Of a stretch of DNA of 64,000 bases, positions 29,089 to 39,838 are shown one piece after another. Made by a program: the position numbers and the translations under genes. The stretch lies in IMG/VR virus record IMGVR_UViG_3300021958_000026; one strand, given 5' to 3'. Positions within the stretch are counted from its first letter, which is position 1. Every line of letters begins with the position of its first letter. The notes beneath the pieces are model-generated. The model was not told where the DNA came from. It saw nothing but the letters and a program-made list of their open reading frames with translations, and did no database searches. This stretch comes from an uncultured virus (IMG/VR IMGVR_UViG_3300021958_000026). Taxonomy: Duplodnaviria; Heunggongvirae; Uroviricota; Caudoviricetes.

Positions 29089-29264
29089 TCGGAATCGTCA
29101 CCTATTTGTGTTGGATTGTTTATCCAATCTAGTTGCATTTCAACTCTTTTCATGTCAACAACTTCTGCAGCTTTCTGTTTGATACCATCAAAAGCAGTTT
29201 CCTTTGCATCGTTCCATTGACCTTGTTCGATTTGGTCTACAACTTTTCTACTTACATCGTTCAT
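29085..29264 (-). CDS. Small prohead core protein (gp67 position), 59 aa (not in ORF track)
   Basis: MNDVSRKVVDQIEQGQWNDAKETAFDGIKQKAAEVVDMKRVEMQLDWINNPTQIGDDSE; ATGA overlap with the next gene. Confidence 0.7.
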   Translation of the reverse strand: MNDVSRKVVDQIEQGQWNDAKETAFDGIKQKAAEVVDMKRVEMQLDWINNPTQIGDDSE

Positions 29265-29267
29265 TTA

Positions 29268-30797
29268 TTAAAATCCTCCGAAGTCATCTTCGTCATCACC
29301 ACCTTCCTCTTTTTCAGTTTCAATCTGTTTATTGAGGACGATCATTTCATCTTCTGTTTGTCTAAGTATGTATTTACGTACATACTCATGACTAAAGTAT
29401 TTACCAATGTATTCTTGTGCTTGACTTAAAGTATCTAGTCTTTCTCTCATGATTTCTGCATCTTTCAACTCTGTAAAGTGGTTGTCAGTTGCATAATCAA
29501 ACTGCATGAAGTCTTTGATTGTATCAAATTCTTCTGCAGAGACTATCTCTTTAAGTACAAGTTGTGTTTTTAATACATCAATAAACACTCTTGCAAATTT
29601 CTTTTGAAGTCTATTCGTAAACTTATTAAACTTCAATTCGTCCCTAGATATCTCAGAAGCACGACCCATGTTAAAACCATTGTCTGCCTCCATTCGACTT
29701 CTAGGAACATTCAGAGACTGATATAGTTTCTTCTTGAAGTATTCTATATCTTCAATCTCTGAAAGATTCTGTCCGCCTGGAAGTGTACTAATTTCTGTAC
29801 CTCTTCCACCTTCTCTACGTGGTAACCAAAAGTCTTCCATCATAGACATATGTTTACGGTCATCTTTTATCTCACCTGTTTGTGCATTATAAACAAGTTT
29901 GTTTCTGTACTTGTTCATAACATCAGCAAGATATTGTTCTGCCTTTGCCTTTGGAAGGTTACCTACATCAATGTAGAAAATTCTTCTTTCAGGTGCCCTT
30001 GAAATCCTATAGATAACAAGTGCATCTTCCATCATTGATAACTGGTTTGCAGTCTTCAATGCTTTGTGAAGGTATCCGATTACAACATTCTTAGTGTAAT
30101 CTAACAGACCTGAAGTCGTATATGTTACTGCCTCAGGTGCAATTTTCAGGGTTGCACCTTCACCTGCACTCCCTGTTTTGTCAAAACCTTTGTCGTTGAA
30201 GATGAAGTACTCTTCAATCTTCGTAATCTTTTCTATACCCTTTTTGTCTTTTTCTTTCTCTACGTTACGAACCTTTTTAATTTTTAAAGGGTCAATGATT
30301 CGTAAATCTACAATACCAGCTTTCTCACGTGACGAATTCACTACCTTATGCAGATAGATTCTTCCGTCAACGTACCACTTTCTGAAAATTTCATGAGAGT
30401 TCTGATTGAACTTCATTAAGGATAGGATGTAAGCAAACTCGTCTTGTATCTTTCTCTTGATACCATCAGAGAGTTTAACATCTCTGAGATCGAGTGAAAC
30501 AATCCTATCGGCTGAATCAGATGTGATACACTCATTAATAATGTCTTCGATGGCAGAGTCACACTCAGGTACTAATGAGACTTCTCTGTACCTACGAATG
30601 AGTTCTGCCTCATTCCTAATGTTGCCATCAAAATCTACAAAAGACCCATAGGCACCACCAGTGATAAAACCGCCTGGTTGTGTCTGTATGACAGGTGTTC
30701 CGTCATCGTCTACAGGTGGAACAAACGAAGGCCCTTTGACCTCCGTTGTTCTTAACTCGTCTTTCTTACGAGATATTTCAAACCCAAATAATTCCAT
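29268..30797 (-). CDS. gp20: Portal protein gp20
   Basis: YRISRAPERRIFYIDVGNLPKAKAEQY, EDFWLPRREGGRGTEI. Confidence 0.98.
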   Translation of the reverse strand: MELFGFEISRKKDELRTTEVKGPSFVPPVDDDGTPVIQTQPGGFITGGAYGSFVDFDGNIRNEAELIRRYREVSLVPECDSAIEDIINECITSDSADRIVSLDLRDVKLSDGIKRKIQDEFAYILSLMKFNQNSHEIFRKWYVDGRIYLHKVVNSSREKAGIVDLRIIDPLKIKKVRNVEKEKDKKGIEKITKIEEYFIFNDKGFDKTGSAGEGATLKIAPEAVTYTTSGLLDYTKNVVIGYLHKALKTANQLSMMEDALVIYRISRAPERRIFYIDVGNLPKAKAEQYLADVMNKYRNKLVYNAQTGEIKDDRKHMSMMEDFWLPRREGGRGTEISTLPGGQNLSEIEDIEYFKKKLYQSLNVPRSRMEADNGFNMGRASEISRDELKFNKFTNRLQKKFARVFIDVLKTQLVLKEIVSAEEFDTIKDFMQFDYATDNHFTELKDAEIMRERLDTLSQAQEYIGKYFSHEYVRKYILRQTEDEMIVLNKQIETEKEEGGDDEDDFGGF

Positions 30798-30838
30798 ACT
30801 GATATTTATAACACCCCAAAAGAGATGTTATTCACTTT

Positions 30839-31336
30839 TTAGACTACTCTTTCCCAGTGAGAGAATTCAAAATCAACTGTAAACTCTTCTAATGCATCTA
30901 CTGTCTCGTAAGAAAGTTCGATTGCACCAATTGAAGTTGGGAACATGTTGAAGAACTCATATCTCGCTAGGACTGAATCGTCTTTGTTTAATTGTTCTAC
31001 GTATGCACGTGATAATAAGTAATCAGTGTCTGTTGCACCTTCACCACTATCTAATGCTTGAATTTCTGTTTGCCATGCTTCAAGAGCAGTTCTTGCAGAG
31101 AACTCAACGTCATTGATGATAGTAACACTCCATGGTTCGAAGGTTCTATCTCCAGCAAGTTTCAGAATGTGACCTCTAAAGTTTACAGGTACTACTCCGA
31201 TTGTTGCAGGTGGTATTTGTGCAGCTTTACACAGGAATTCTATCTTATTACCTGCACGAGGTAAGAACACTCTAAATCGGTTAGCACGTGGGCCACCTCC
31301 GATTAATTGTGCTTTAAATTGGTCTATAGTTGCCAT
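30839..31336 (-). CDS. gp19: Tail tube protein gp19
   Basis: GGPRANRF, AGDRTFEPW, FPTSIGAIELSY. Confidence 0.95.
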   Translation of the reverse strand: MATIDQFKAQLIGGGPRANRFRVFLPRAGNKIEFLCKAAQIPPATIGVVPVNFRGHILKLAGDRTFEPWSVTIINDVEFSARTALEAWQTEIQALDSGEGATDTDYLLSRAYVEQLNKDDSVLARYEFFNMFPTSIGAIELSYETVDALEEFTVDFEFSHWERVV

Positions 31337-31347
31337 TTATTTCTCCC

Positions 31348-33345
31348 TTAAACTGCACTGTATACTTCTTCAAACTGTACACCACTTCTTGTGGCAACAA
31401 AGTTTAAAGTTACAAAGTTAATAGACTTAGCAGGTTTCACAAAGATTGAACAAACAAATTCGTTTCTATCAATCACTGAATCAGTGTTGTTTGTTTCGTC
31501 ACAAACTACTGAGTAATCTACTAGTCCTCTTCTATTCTTCACGTCTCTTAAGAAAGGTTCTACTGCACTTCTAAATTGTGCTCTTGTGAATGCATCGTTG
31601 AATTCAAAGAGTTGTGCTTTAGCAGCAGTTGCAATTGCTTTCTCAAGTACAATGAATAATCTTCTGACGTTAATTCTGTCAAATGCACTTGTTGTTGTTA
31701 ATCCAGTTTTGTCACCAAATAACACTGTACCTTGGCCAGGGAATGTAACCACAGGGTTAACCCTTGCACGGTATAGGTCATCTCTTGATGCTTGTTTTGG
31801 ATTGTGAGCAAGTTTTGTAATTCCTAGATACTGTCCTCTTGAGAAACCTGCAGGTGAGAACCATGGGTCTCTAAGAAGGTCTGATCTTGACATAATACCT
31901 GCAGTATGGGGGTTTGCAGGAATCCATACGTATCTATCGTTGAATCTATCGTACTGATACACCCATGTTGAGTCAAACACAACATAAGATGATGAACTTG
32001 CAGTATTTACTGTTTCTACAACGTTAGTATTTCTATTAGACTCTGAAGTTGGTGCAAAGTGATTAGTTTCACCATTTGCAGTTCCGATGCAGTCCTTTCT
32101 TAAAGGTGATGCAACTAACATACAATCTTTTCTGTTTTCACATACTAAGATACCTTGGTTGACAATTGATGTCCAATCTGCAAGTGTGTCACCTGCAACT
32201 GAACCCATAATCAAGAATGAGATGTCTACTGACTCTGCATCCTCAAAGTGGTCTTGCCATGCACCATATTTTTCTCCAGCAGTCATTGCACTACCATCTG
32301 AACCAGCACTCAATGATGAGTTTTCAGGTGTTGAAGGTCTTAAGAATGCAGTTGTTGCTGAAACTAAGTGTGTTCTATGTTCGTTAGCGGTTGTGACCAT
32401 TGCAGTTGAATGACCTGACCACCATACCCATTGAGACAATCTTTCGATTACATCTCTATAGTAATTTGAGTTACCGTTTGAATCTTTTGAATCCGATGCG
32501 AGTGATACGAAACCAAATGTTTCTAAGACTGTGTTTGCAGTTCCTGAAATACTTCCGTCTTCGTCAACTACGACTACATGAATCTCGTCATCTGAACCAC
32601 CTGCTGCGAGGGCAGATGCAGATTTGCCTGGAGCTTTGTTGAATAATCTGTAGAACTCCCAATATCTGTCAACAGATGTTAATGCAGGTACTGTCTCTGT
32701 TAGACCTGTTCCTGCAGGTTGATTTAATGCTTCGACAACAACTGTGTCTGCATCTGTATCAACTGAAGTTACTCTATAACTAGTACTATGGTTTGCGAAC
32801 TTAATGATATCTCTGACTGCAAACCCATCGGATGAAGTCATTGAAATTGTAGTTTGACCTGAAACCTCTTCTGAGGAAACAGTTGTCTCGCTATCATTAA
32901 AGTAAGCGTCTGAACTAGCACATACTGAAACTTTAAGTGAATTACCTAAAGCACCAGCATATCTTGCTGCCCATTTACCGATTGTACCGTTTAGAGAACC
33001 ATCTCTTGCAATATCTTGGTAATTAGATTCATTTTTGATTAGTTGAGTCCCACCACTTTGGTTAGCGTTTAGTAAACCTGATTTGTTTACTCTCACTACT
33101 CGAAGTGACGAACCATATCTTAGGAACGACTCTGCTGAATAAAAGTCTTCAGCTCCAGCGTCACTATTTTCAGGTTCGTAGAATGTATCGACTAAACTTT
33201 TCGCATCTGAAACTGTTACTACTTCATCAACAGGGCCCCATTGAAATGAACCAGCGAATGCACCTGTAGTAGATGAAACTGCTGGCACAACATTTGTAAG
33301 GTCTATCTCTGAGACCTGTACGCCTGGTGATACTTGAAATGCCAT
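31348..33345 (-). CDS. gp18: Tail sheath protein gp18
   Basis: SPGVQVSEIDLT, WFSPAGFSRG, FDRINVRRLF. Confidence 0.97.
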   Translation of the reverse strand: MAFQVSPGVQVSEIDLTNVVPAVSSTTGAFAGSFQWGPVDEVVTVSDAKSLVDTFYEPENSDAGAEDFYSAESFLRYGSSLRVVRVNKSGLLNANQSGGTQLIKNESNYQDIARDGSLNGTIGKWAARYAGALGNSLKVSVCASSDAYFNDSETTVSSEEVSGQTTISMTSSDGFAVRDIIKFANHSTSYRVTSVDTDADTVVVEALNQPAGTGLTETVPALTSVDRYWEFYRLFNKAPGKSASALAAGGSDDEIHVVVVDEDGSISGTANTVLETFGFVSLASDSKDSNGNSNYYRDVIERLSQWVWWSGHSTAMVTTANEHRTHLVSATTAFLRPSTPENSSLSAGSDGSAMTAGEKYGAWQDHFEDAESVDISFLIMGSVAGDTLADWTSIVNQGILVCENRKDCMLVASPLRKDCIGTANGETNHFAPTSESNRNTNVVETVNTASSSSYVVFDSTWVYQYDRFNDRYVWIPANPHTAGIMSRSDLLRDPWFSPAGFSRGQYLGITKLAHNPKQASRDDLYRARVNPVVTFPGQGTVLFGDKTGLTTTSAFDRINVRRLFIVLEKAIATAAKAQLFEFNDAFTRAQFRSAVEPFLRDVKNRRGLVDYSVVCDETNNTDSVIDRNEFVCSIFVKPAKSINFVTLNFVATRSGVQFEEVYSAV

Positions 33346-33418
33346 ACTTTTTCTCCTGTTAATGTAAAAAGTTTTCTTACAGTTTTATTTATAAGTTTAA
33401 TACTTTTAACATCGTTAT

Positions 33419-34999
33419 TTATTGTTCAATGAACCATCTATCTCCATTAGGGTCTACAAAACTTGTACTTTCTTCTTCTTGGTGGAAGAAGCCTGGAGGT
33501 AAAAGGTCGTCTTCAATCATTTTTTGTTGTTCTGCATACAATAAATCCTTTACTGCACGGTCTGTAAGGTATGTGAACTGTTCTGTTGTCACAAACCAAC
33601 TAAACAACACTAGATTCATAACAGTGTCATCATTATATCCACGGTCTGCTTCATAACTGTTTCCTTTGATAACAAACGTCATCAATTCAGTTATAGTTGC
33701 ACGGTCAACTATTGATAGTCTATTCTCTTCTAATAATTCTTTGAGAGTAGAACAACCAACTCTTTTAATACGTCTGTTCATAGTTACACCTATATCAGAC
33801 GCCTTTTGTAACCCTTGTGCAAACACATTTGGATACTCTATATCATAGTGTAATTGTGTTGCAACCATGGAACCTTCTGCATTATTTTCAATAATAACTA
33901 ATGCTTCGTTGTAAGGTCTAACGTATTTATTAATTATGTCAGGTAACAACATACTTGATATCATATTGTCCCTATAACATAGCACTTGTCTAAATGGTTT
34001 GACTGATACGTCTATAACAGTGAACGATGAATAGTCTAATCCACGTCCTGAGGACACGTCTACGGTGCATACATAGTTGTGGTCAGGTTGGGGTAGTTCA
34101 TAGACAGAAACACCGTCACGACCCCACTCACAGTCCACAGCACGCATTCCTAGTAGGGTATCTGAGTTGATAAGTGTAGAACCAGTACCTAAGAAACTAT
34201 TACCATATTCCTGTTCAAACTGTGCCTCTGAGGTGTTTGCAATGGTCATTTTCTTCCATTCTTCATCTCTATCAGGGACATCATACCAGTTAATAGTGAA
34301 GTGTTTGTACTCTGATTGACTATGTACTGCACTTTCGTATATCTTATGAAACATATTACCCACACCGTTTGCAGTTGAGGTAATAATAACCTTAGAATCT
34401 TTACCTGAGGTTACCACAGGATATGTTGATGTGTAGAACTCTTCTGCACCTTCAACGAATGCAAACTCATCGAGGTATAGTAGGTTGATTGACATACCAC
34501 GAATGGATGATGAAGATGTTGCAGCTGCAACGACTTTAGAATCGTTTGCAAATTCAATTGAACCTTTGTTAAGAATCTTAACTCCAGGCTGTAAAAAGAA
34601 TGGTACAGACTCTAACATAGTTACGAGACGTGCAATCATCTCTCTTGCAATTGCACCTTTGTTTGCAAGGATAGCAACGTTTACTTCAGGATGAAAGAGT
34701 AAAAACCACAGTAAATATGCACAGGATGTGATGGACTTACCACTCTGACGTGATGCAAGTACTACATTAAATCTATTTGCATTGTAGTGTTCTATTAGTC
34801 CTGACTGATAACCACGTAGTTTAAATGGAACTAAGCCTTCGTCAAGTGAGATAATTTGAGTGTAAGATTCGATAAAGTAACAGGGGTCTTTGGAACACTT
34901 TATGTATTCTTTTAACTCTTTTTCATCGTACTGGTGGTCTATACCAGCACGTTTAATGAGTGTGTTACCTAAGTAACCTTCGTTTTTAGGTTGTACCAT
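33419..34999 (-). CDS. gp17: Terminase large subunit gp17
   Basis: SRQSGKS, YLDEFAF, TSTANG, DYS, DDTVM. Confidence 0.97.
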   Translation of the reverse strand: MVQPKNEGYLGNTLIKRAGIDHQYDEKELKEYIKCSKDPCYFIESYTQIISLDEGLVPFKLRGYQSGLIEHYNANRFNVVLASRQSGKSITSCAYLLWFLLFHPEVNVAILANKGAIAREMIARLVTMLESVPFFLQPGVKILNKGSIEFANDSKVVAAATSSSSIRGMSINLLYLDEFAFVEGAEEFYTSTYPVVTSGKDSKVIITSTANGVGNMFHKIYESAVHSQSEYKHFTINWYDVPDRDEEWKKMTIANTSEAQFEQEYGNSFLGTGSTLINSDTLLGMRAVDCEWGRDGVSVYELPQPDHNYVCTVDVSSGRGLDYSSFTVIDVSVKPFRQVLCYRDNMISSMLLPDIINKYVRPYNEALVIIENNAEGSMVATQLHYDIEYPNVFAQGLQKASDIGVTMNRRIKRVGCSTLKELLEENRLSIVDRATITELMTFVIKGNSYEADRGYNDDTVMNLVLFSWFVTTEQFTYLTDRAVKDLLYAEQQKMIEDDLLPPGFFHQEEESTSFVDPNGDRWFIEQ

Positions 35000-35693
35000 C
35001 TAAAAACCCCCAACTTGCTTTCCAATGAGATGGAGTTAGATAGTTAGATATTACAAAATCACCATCAAAACTCATTTCCCATAACATATGATTAGCATCT
35101 CCTTTTAACATCTCCACCTTAAATTCTGATATGTGTCCTTCATGTTTAGTATTTAACACTTTAGTCTTACTGTCTACCAATGTCTGTTTTGGTGTTAAAT
35201 TGTGCTTTCTAAAAAAATCTTTACCCCCTTCCATAAAATTTTTATCAGATTCTATTCGAATAAAGGTTTCTTCTTCGCATATACCCTCTAAAATTTTATA
35301 CCTGTTTGGGTATACTTTATCTATAATACCTTGTCTTCTGCAGTTTTCAAAGAGCAAATCAACACGCTCTTGTATAAACTGTGCTCCTATATTTTCCTGT
35401 AGGTAGATGTCACTCTCAGGATAATCCATCTCATGGATGTCTCCTTCAATAATCTCCATCTCAGGTATGTTATCGAAACGATAATGTAGTAGTTTCAAAG
35501 TCTCCACTTCTCTTTCTATACCAATGACCTTTTTTGCACCATTTATGTATGCAAGCCACATTAAGATTCCAGTCCCTGCACCTAAGTCACAGACGACTTT
35601 ATCTTTCACATTGTCACGAATCCAACTCTCATATGCATTAGTCCTATAATAGTCATATGCACACATTAAGTGTGTGTAACCAAATTTGTCCAT
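34986..35693 (-). CDS. Class I SAM-dependent methyltransferase, PRMT-like N-terminus
   Basis: DYYRTNAY..I...KDKVVCDLGAGTGILMWLAYINGAKKVIGIE, later DIYLQENIG. Confidence 0.8.
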   Translation of the reverse strand: MDKFGYTHLMCAYDYYRTNAYESWIRDNVKDKVVCDLGAGTGILMWLAYINGAKKVIGIEREVETLKLLHYRFDNIPEMEIIEGDIHEMDYPESDIYLQENIGAQFIQERVDLLFENCRRQGIIDKVYPNRYKILEGICEEETFIRIESDKNFMEGGKDFFRKHNLTPKQTLVDSKTKVLNTKHEGHISEFKVEMLKGDANHMLWEMSFDGDFVISNYLTPSHWKASWGFLDGTT

Positions 35694-35696
35694 AAT

Positions 35697-36089
35697 TTAG
35701 TCTTTATTTTTTTTCAAAAACTTCTGTAATTCCGAAGTTGACCCCACATATAAATGATTGTGTTGAGTCTTAGGTGCATCTTCACCTTCTAATTTTTTAA
35801 GTTTGTTTTGTAAGTCAATTAGTTTTTCTGCAGTCTCCCCCACAGTTTTAATTAACTGTCCTGCGACTTCGTAGGCACGTGGGTGTTCGGTTTCTTTGGA
35901 AAGTTCAAGGATACCATCGATTGCATCTTGTCCTCGTTCTACGAGGTTGTAGAGGTTCTCACGGGCATATTTGTAATCTGTTTCGATATTATCAGAACGA
36001 GAAGGAAGTTTTACTATATCAGTCTCCTTCTTTATATCTGTACTAATATCTAACAGGTCATTTAACTGTTGGTCTACTTTGTCTGTCAT
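35697..36089 (-). CDS. gp16: Terminase small subunit gp16
   Basis: DYKYARENLY, HPRAYEVAGQLIK, VGSTSELQK. Confidence 0.93.
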   Translation of the reverse strand: MTDKVDQQLNDLLDISTDIKKETDIVKLPSRSDNIETDYKYARENLYNLVERGQDAIDGILELSKETEHPRAYEVAGQLIKTVGETAEKLIDLQNKLKKLEGEDAPKTQHNHLYVGSTSELQKFLKKNKD

Positions 36090-36091
36090 AA

Positions 36092-37138
36092 TTAACTTGC
36101 ATCACTTGTTTTATCTTCTTCAAATGTTGATGTAGTGCCGTCATCATAGAATGTAACTGTCTCTGCAATTACAAATGAATCTGATGGGTCTACTGAACCA
36201 ACAAACTTGAGTGTAGTGTTTGCATCGATAGTAATTGCATTACTTAATACGATTGCTAATCTATCTGATGCAATAGATGAGATAGTTGGATTTGTTGATA
36301 AATTTGTTCCAAATACTTCATCTCCCACACTTATCTTACTATTTATTGCAGTGGCAAATGTCACTGATGTTGAGTTAGATACTGCGTTTGCAGTCTCACC
36401 GAATGCAGGTTCATAGTGTTTAACTTCTTTGATAAGACCTGCACCATCGATTTGTGTTGAGGTAAACTGTCCTGTACTGTCACTGATATAGTCTCTTTCA
36501 ATAACATTCTTGATAACATTTCCAGTAGACACAGGCCCGAAGAAGTATATCTTCATAGAAAACTCTAGTGTATATTCGAGCACTCTACGTTCTTCGAATG
36601 TTCCTTCAAACTGGTCATCCATTGTGACACTAGTAAGTGTAATAGGAACATCTCTTACATCTGACATATCATCAATCATCTTCATTGTGACTGTGTATTC
36701 AGGTTGGAAATATGGTATTATCTGTTCTACAATCTGTAAACCATCAGCAGCGTTCTTTGCAAGAACACTCAATGTAAAGTTTAGATTGTAAGGTGCAGGT
36801 TGATACTGATAACCTCTTGTTAGATTACCGTCTTCTAATACTGTCTTAGAATGACGAATAATTTTATTCTGTTGTCTTGTTGCATCGTATTCAAAACCAC
36901 TTAACTGGAATGTCATACGTGGTAGAGAGATTGCAGTTCTGTTTCCATCTGTTAGATTAGGTTCTTCTGCAAGTCTCTGTAGAAACTTTTGTTTTGGGCC
37001 ATATGAAATCGGAACCTTTTGTGATGACAATACTGTACCGTCTGACTTAGTCTTCTTTACAGTCAGATTATTGAAGAGTGTACCAAAGATTGATATTGAC
37101 CTTTTGATTGTCTCATTATAAAAATATGTACCAAACAT
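36092..37138 (-). CDS. gp15: Tail sheath stabiliser gp15, with a C-terminal insertion
   Basis: FGTLFN, VPISYGPKQKFL, QIVEQIIPYFQP. Confidence 0.92.
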   Translation of the reverse strand: MFGTYFYNETIKRSISIFGTLFNNLTVKKTKSDGTVLSSQKVPISYGPKQKFLQRLAEEPNLTDGNRTAISLPRMTFQLSGFEYDATRQQNKIIRHSKTVLEDGNLTRGYQYQPAPYNLNFTLSVLAKNAADGLQIVEQIIPYFQPEYTVTMKMIDDMSDVRDVPITLTSVTMDDQFEGTFEERRVLEYTLEFSMKIYFFGPVSTGNVIKNVIERDYISDSTGQFTSTQIDGAGLIKEVKHYEPAFGETANAVSNSTSVTFATAINSKISVGDEVFGTNLSTNPTISSIASDRLAIVLSNAITIDANTTLKFVGSVDPSDSFVIAETVTFYDDGTTSTFEEDKTSDAS

Positions 37139-37992
37139 TAGGGTTCTCCAAATGGATTAGTTTCACTGAAGTCTAGGTATGATGTTTCAGAATCTTCAAA
37201 CTCTTTGTTCTGTGCATTACCATCGTTTGCAAATGTAAGTATATCTGTGATTGATGCAATGTCATAAGAGGCACCGTTTGCACCAACCAGTGTATCACCG
37301 ACTTGAAGTGTAGTAGTGTTATCTTTAATGGTAAGTTTTCTATTTGCACCACCATCCCATGAAACCACTTCACCAACTACGGTTTCGTTTAATGACACAT
37401 TTTCATTAACATAGTATTGACCACTTCCACCATCTGCCATTGTTAATTCAATAGTATATGCTTGTTGGTCTTCAACCAAGTCAATGTTAGTGATATCTGT
37501 ATCAAAGTCTTCACCACTGTATTCAAACAGTTCACACTGCATCTTGAATACAAAGAGTTTACCAACTTGATAGAATGGGTTTTCGTGTTCAACAAATTTG
37601 ATTTCAAATAAAGAACCTGAAAGTGGGAAATATATGAGATCACCCTCATTTGGTCTTAGACTTGTTGCAAGGTTGCTGTCTAACGAAATAAATCTTTCCC
37701 AACTTCTCAGTGATAAAACAAATGTTGCTTGGTCTCTTACTTGAACACCAAACTTACTGAAGAGGTCTCCCTCTCCTTCAAAACCTTCTGTGTTTTCAAT
37801 GTACATTTCAACACTGTATGCATCACCAAATGTAGACTGAATGTCTTCACCTAAGATACTGTCTTCTTCGACTATCTCTCTAGGTAAATAGAAACATTCA
37901 TGCCCATAGAATCGTAAAGACTCAACAACTAAATCTTCGTATAGATGTTGTTCAGTCGATACTGCATGATTGAAATATACATTTGTTGGCAT
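37138..37992 (-). CDS. gp14: Neck protein gp14
   Basis: YLPRE, FSKFG, PNEGDLIYFP, FYQVGK, NPFG. Confidence 0.93.
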   Translation of the reverse strand: MPTNVYFNHAVSTEQHLYEDLVVESLRFYGHECFYLPREIVEEDSILGEDIQSTFGDAYSVEMYIENTEGFEGEGDLFSKFGVQVRDQATFVLSLRSWERFISLDSNLATSLRPNEGDLIYFPLSGSLFEIKFVEHENPFYQVGKLFVFKMQCELFEYSGEDFDTDITNIDLVEDQQAYTIELTMADGGSGQYYVNENVSLNETVVGEVVSWDGGANRKLTIKDNTTTLQVGDTLVGANGASYDIASITDILTFANDGNAQNKEFEDSETSYLDFSETNPFGEP

Positions 37993-37994
37993 AA

Positions 37995-38810
37995 TTAACC
38001 TATCATATCCATCACAGGCATTTCAAAGTTCAATCGAGACTCTTCTTCTAATCTACGTATCTCTTCCTGTGCTTCTTGTTTCATTGCAGAACCATCAAGT
38101 GTTACACCGCCTGGCAATTGAATACCTGAGAACTTAGATAAGTTTTCTCCCCATTGATACTTCACTAATGAGGTTGCATACTTTTTCAACCACATGTCGT
38201 TGTAAATATCTGTGAAATCTGTTGGGTCTAATTTTCTATAACACTCAATGAGAATATACTCATTGTCATAGATTGAATCCACATCCATATCTAGATACAA
38301 TCTATTCATGTGTGTGTTGTATCTGATAGGAGTTCTACCCACTAAAATGTTGTCTAGTAAGTTGATGTGTTGTTGTACTTGTTCGTAGTATAAGATGTTT
38401 GTTGATGTTAAATCCCATAAATCATTCAATCTTAATTGATATCTAAGGTCAAACATATTCATGTTATGTTTATCATTAAATGGGAATATGTTTATAACTG
38501 CAAGGACATGTTCAGGTAACACGATGTAATTCTGTTGTTGATATACAACCTCATCGTCATATGCATGTGTACCAGCTGCACTCTCTGTAAAAGACTCATT
38601 TGTTTTCATTGCAGTCTTTTTAGCATCAGTTATTCTGTGTTTTAGATATGTTTTGATTGAACCATCATAGTGATACTCTCTGAAGTACTGAAGTGCTTCA
38701 TCGATTCTGTCATCAAATTGGTCATCATCCACGTTAATTTCGAGAACAGGCGCCCCTAACTTACGTTTGATATACTCTTTTAATGATGCTTTTGAATTTG
38801 GTTCTGCCAT
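37995..38810 (-). CDS. gp13: Neck protein gp13
   Basis: RKLGAPVLEINV, QWGENLSKFSGIQLPGGVTLDG. Confidence 0.93.
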   Translation of the reverse strand: MAEPNSKASLKEYIKRKLGAPVLEINVDDDQFDDRIDEALQYFREYHYDGSIKTYLKHRITDAKKTAMKTNESFTESAAGTHAYDDEVVYQQQNYIVLPEHVLAVINIFPFNDKHNMNMFDLRYQLRLNDLWDLTSTNILYYEQVQQHINLLDNILVGRTPIRYNTHMNRLYLDMDVDSIYDNEYILIECYRKLDPTDFTDIYNDMWLKKYATSLVKYQWGENLSKFSGIQLPGGVTLDGSAMKQEAQEEIRRLEEESRLNFEMPVMDMIG

Positions 38811-38855
38811 AGTAGTGTTCCATTAATAAATGTTCTACTACTATTTATGTGAATT

Positions 38856-39116
38856 TTAATCTTGGAAGTAAGTTCTAGACTGTAATCTGTCTATCTTTTC
38901 ATCGATACGTTCAATTGTATTCATTAAACGTTGGAAATCTGCTTCGATTTGTTCTCTTGTAACATAATCTTTTGCTATCTCTTCACGTGTTTTATTGAGA
39001 AGAATATCAATTCTTTTTTGTTCAGATAAAACTGAACGTACTAAGAATCCCAATGGCACTAACACCACTGTTATAAAGAAGTTCCAAAGAAAGGTTGGGT
39101 CTACTGTGATTTCCAT
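38856..39116 (-). CDS. Small TM plus coiled-coil protein
   Basis: FLWNFFITVVLVPLG TM; REEIAKDYVTR coiled coil. Confidence 0.65.
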   Translation of the reverse strand: MEITVDPTFLWNFFITVVLVPLGFLVRSVLSEQKRIDILLNKTREEIAKDYVTREQIEADFQRLMNTIERIDEKIDRLQSRTYFQD

Positions 39117-39133
39117 ACGAGTATTTATGAAAA

Positions 39134-39838
39134 TCAACCCATTATAGGGTCACCGTTTTCGTCTATTTCAAAAAGAAATTCATCAGGATGGTAGTTTTGT
39201 GGTTCACCAAATTGACCTCCATCACCATGGTATTTAACTACCATATTGAATGAAATGCTGTATCGGTCTTTATCTGTCATGTTGGGTTCTACCATATGCA
39301 TCAATCCACTAGGAAATAAAATTAACATACCTGATGTGGGTGCATAACTCATAGAACCTGGCGCCCGAGGTGAATGTGGAAAATCAGACACAACCTTAAC
39401 ATCTTTATCGACCATATCTATGCAACCTTCATCACCGTCTCCCTTTATATAAAACACACCACTATACCAACATCCATTATGCATATGTGGTTTATTCCAT
39501 GCAGAGAAATCGTTTACGTTAGCCCAAGAGTTACCAATATGTATCGATGTTTTTGTTTGGTCTAATCCATGAAAAGGAAATACTTCATCTTTAAAAAGTT
39601 GTTCTATTTTTCTCATTAACTGTTGTAAAATTGGATTTGATTCACACCCATCGTTTGATTGCCAACCAGTATATGCATTAGATACTCTTCTACCTTCAGG
39701 GTCTTTTCTTCTCATACCATCTATTGCATCTACACACTGTTGAAGATACTCATTAGTTATTCCTCTTCTTTTATCCAAGTTTGGGTCTAATAAGTTTCTT
39801 TCAAATACAAAATTAGGAAATAGTAATCTAACTGCCAT
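39134..39838 (-). CDS. 2OG-Fe(II) oxygenase-like protein (TIGR02466 type)
   Basis: SWANVN..WNKPHMH..YSGVFY..LFPSGLMHMVEPN..RYSISFN. Confidence 0.85.
   Translation of the reverse strand: MAVRLLFPNFVFERNLLDPNLDKRRGITNEYLQQCVDAIDGMRRKDPEGRRVSNAYTGWQSNDGCESNPILQQLMRKIEQLFKDEVFPFHGLDQTKTSIHIGNSWANVNDFSAWNKPHMHNGCWYSGVFYIKGDGDEGCIDMVDKDVKVVSDFPHSPRAPGSMSYAPTSGMLILFPSGLMHMVEPNMTDKDRYSISFNMVVKYHGDGGQFGEPQNYHPDEFLFEIDENGDPIMG

Noticed and set aside
33419..34999. Intein or intron in terminase, uvsW, gp46 or capsid genes
   Set aside because: Lengths are normal and reading frames continuous; no splice motifs or homing endonuclease seen.
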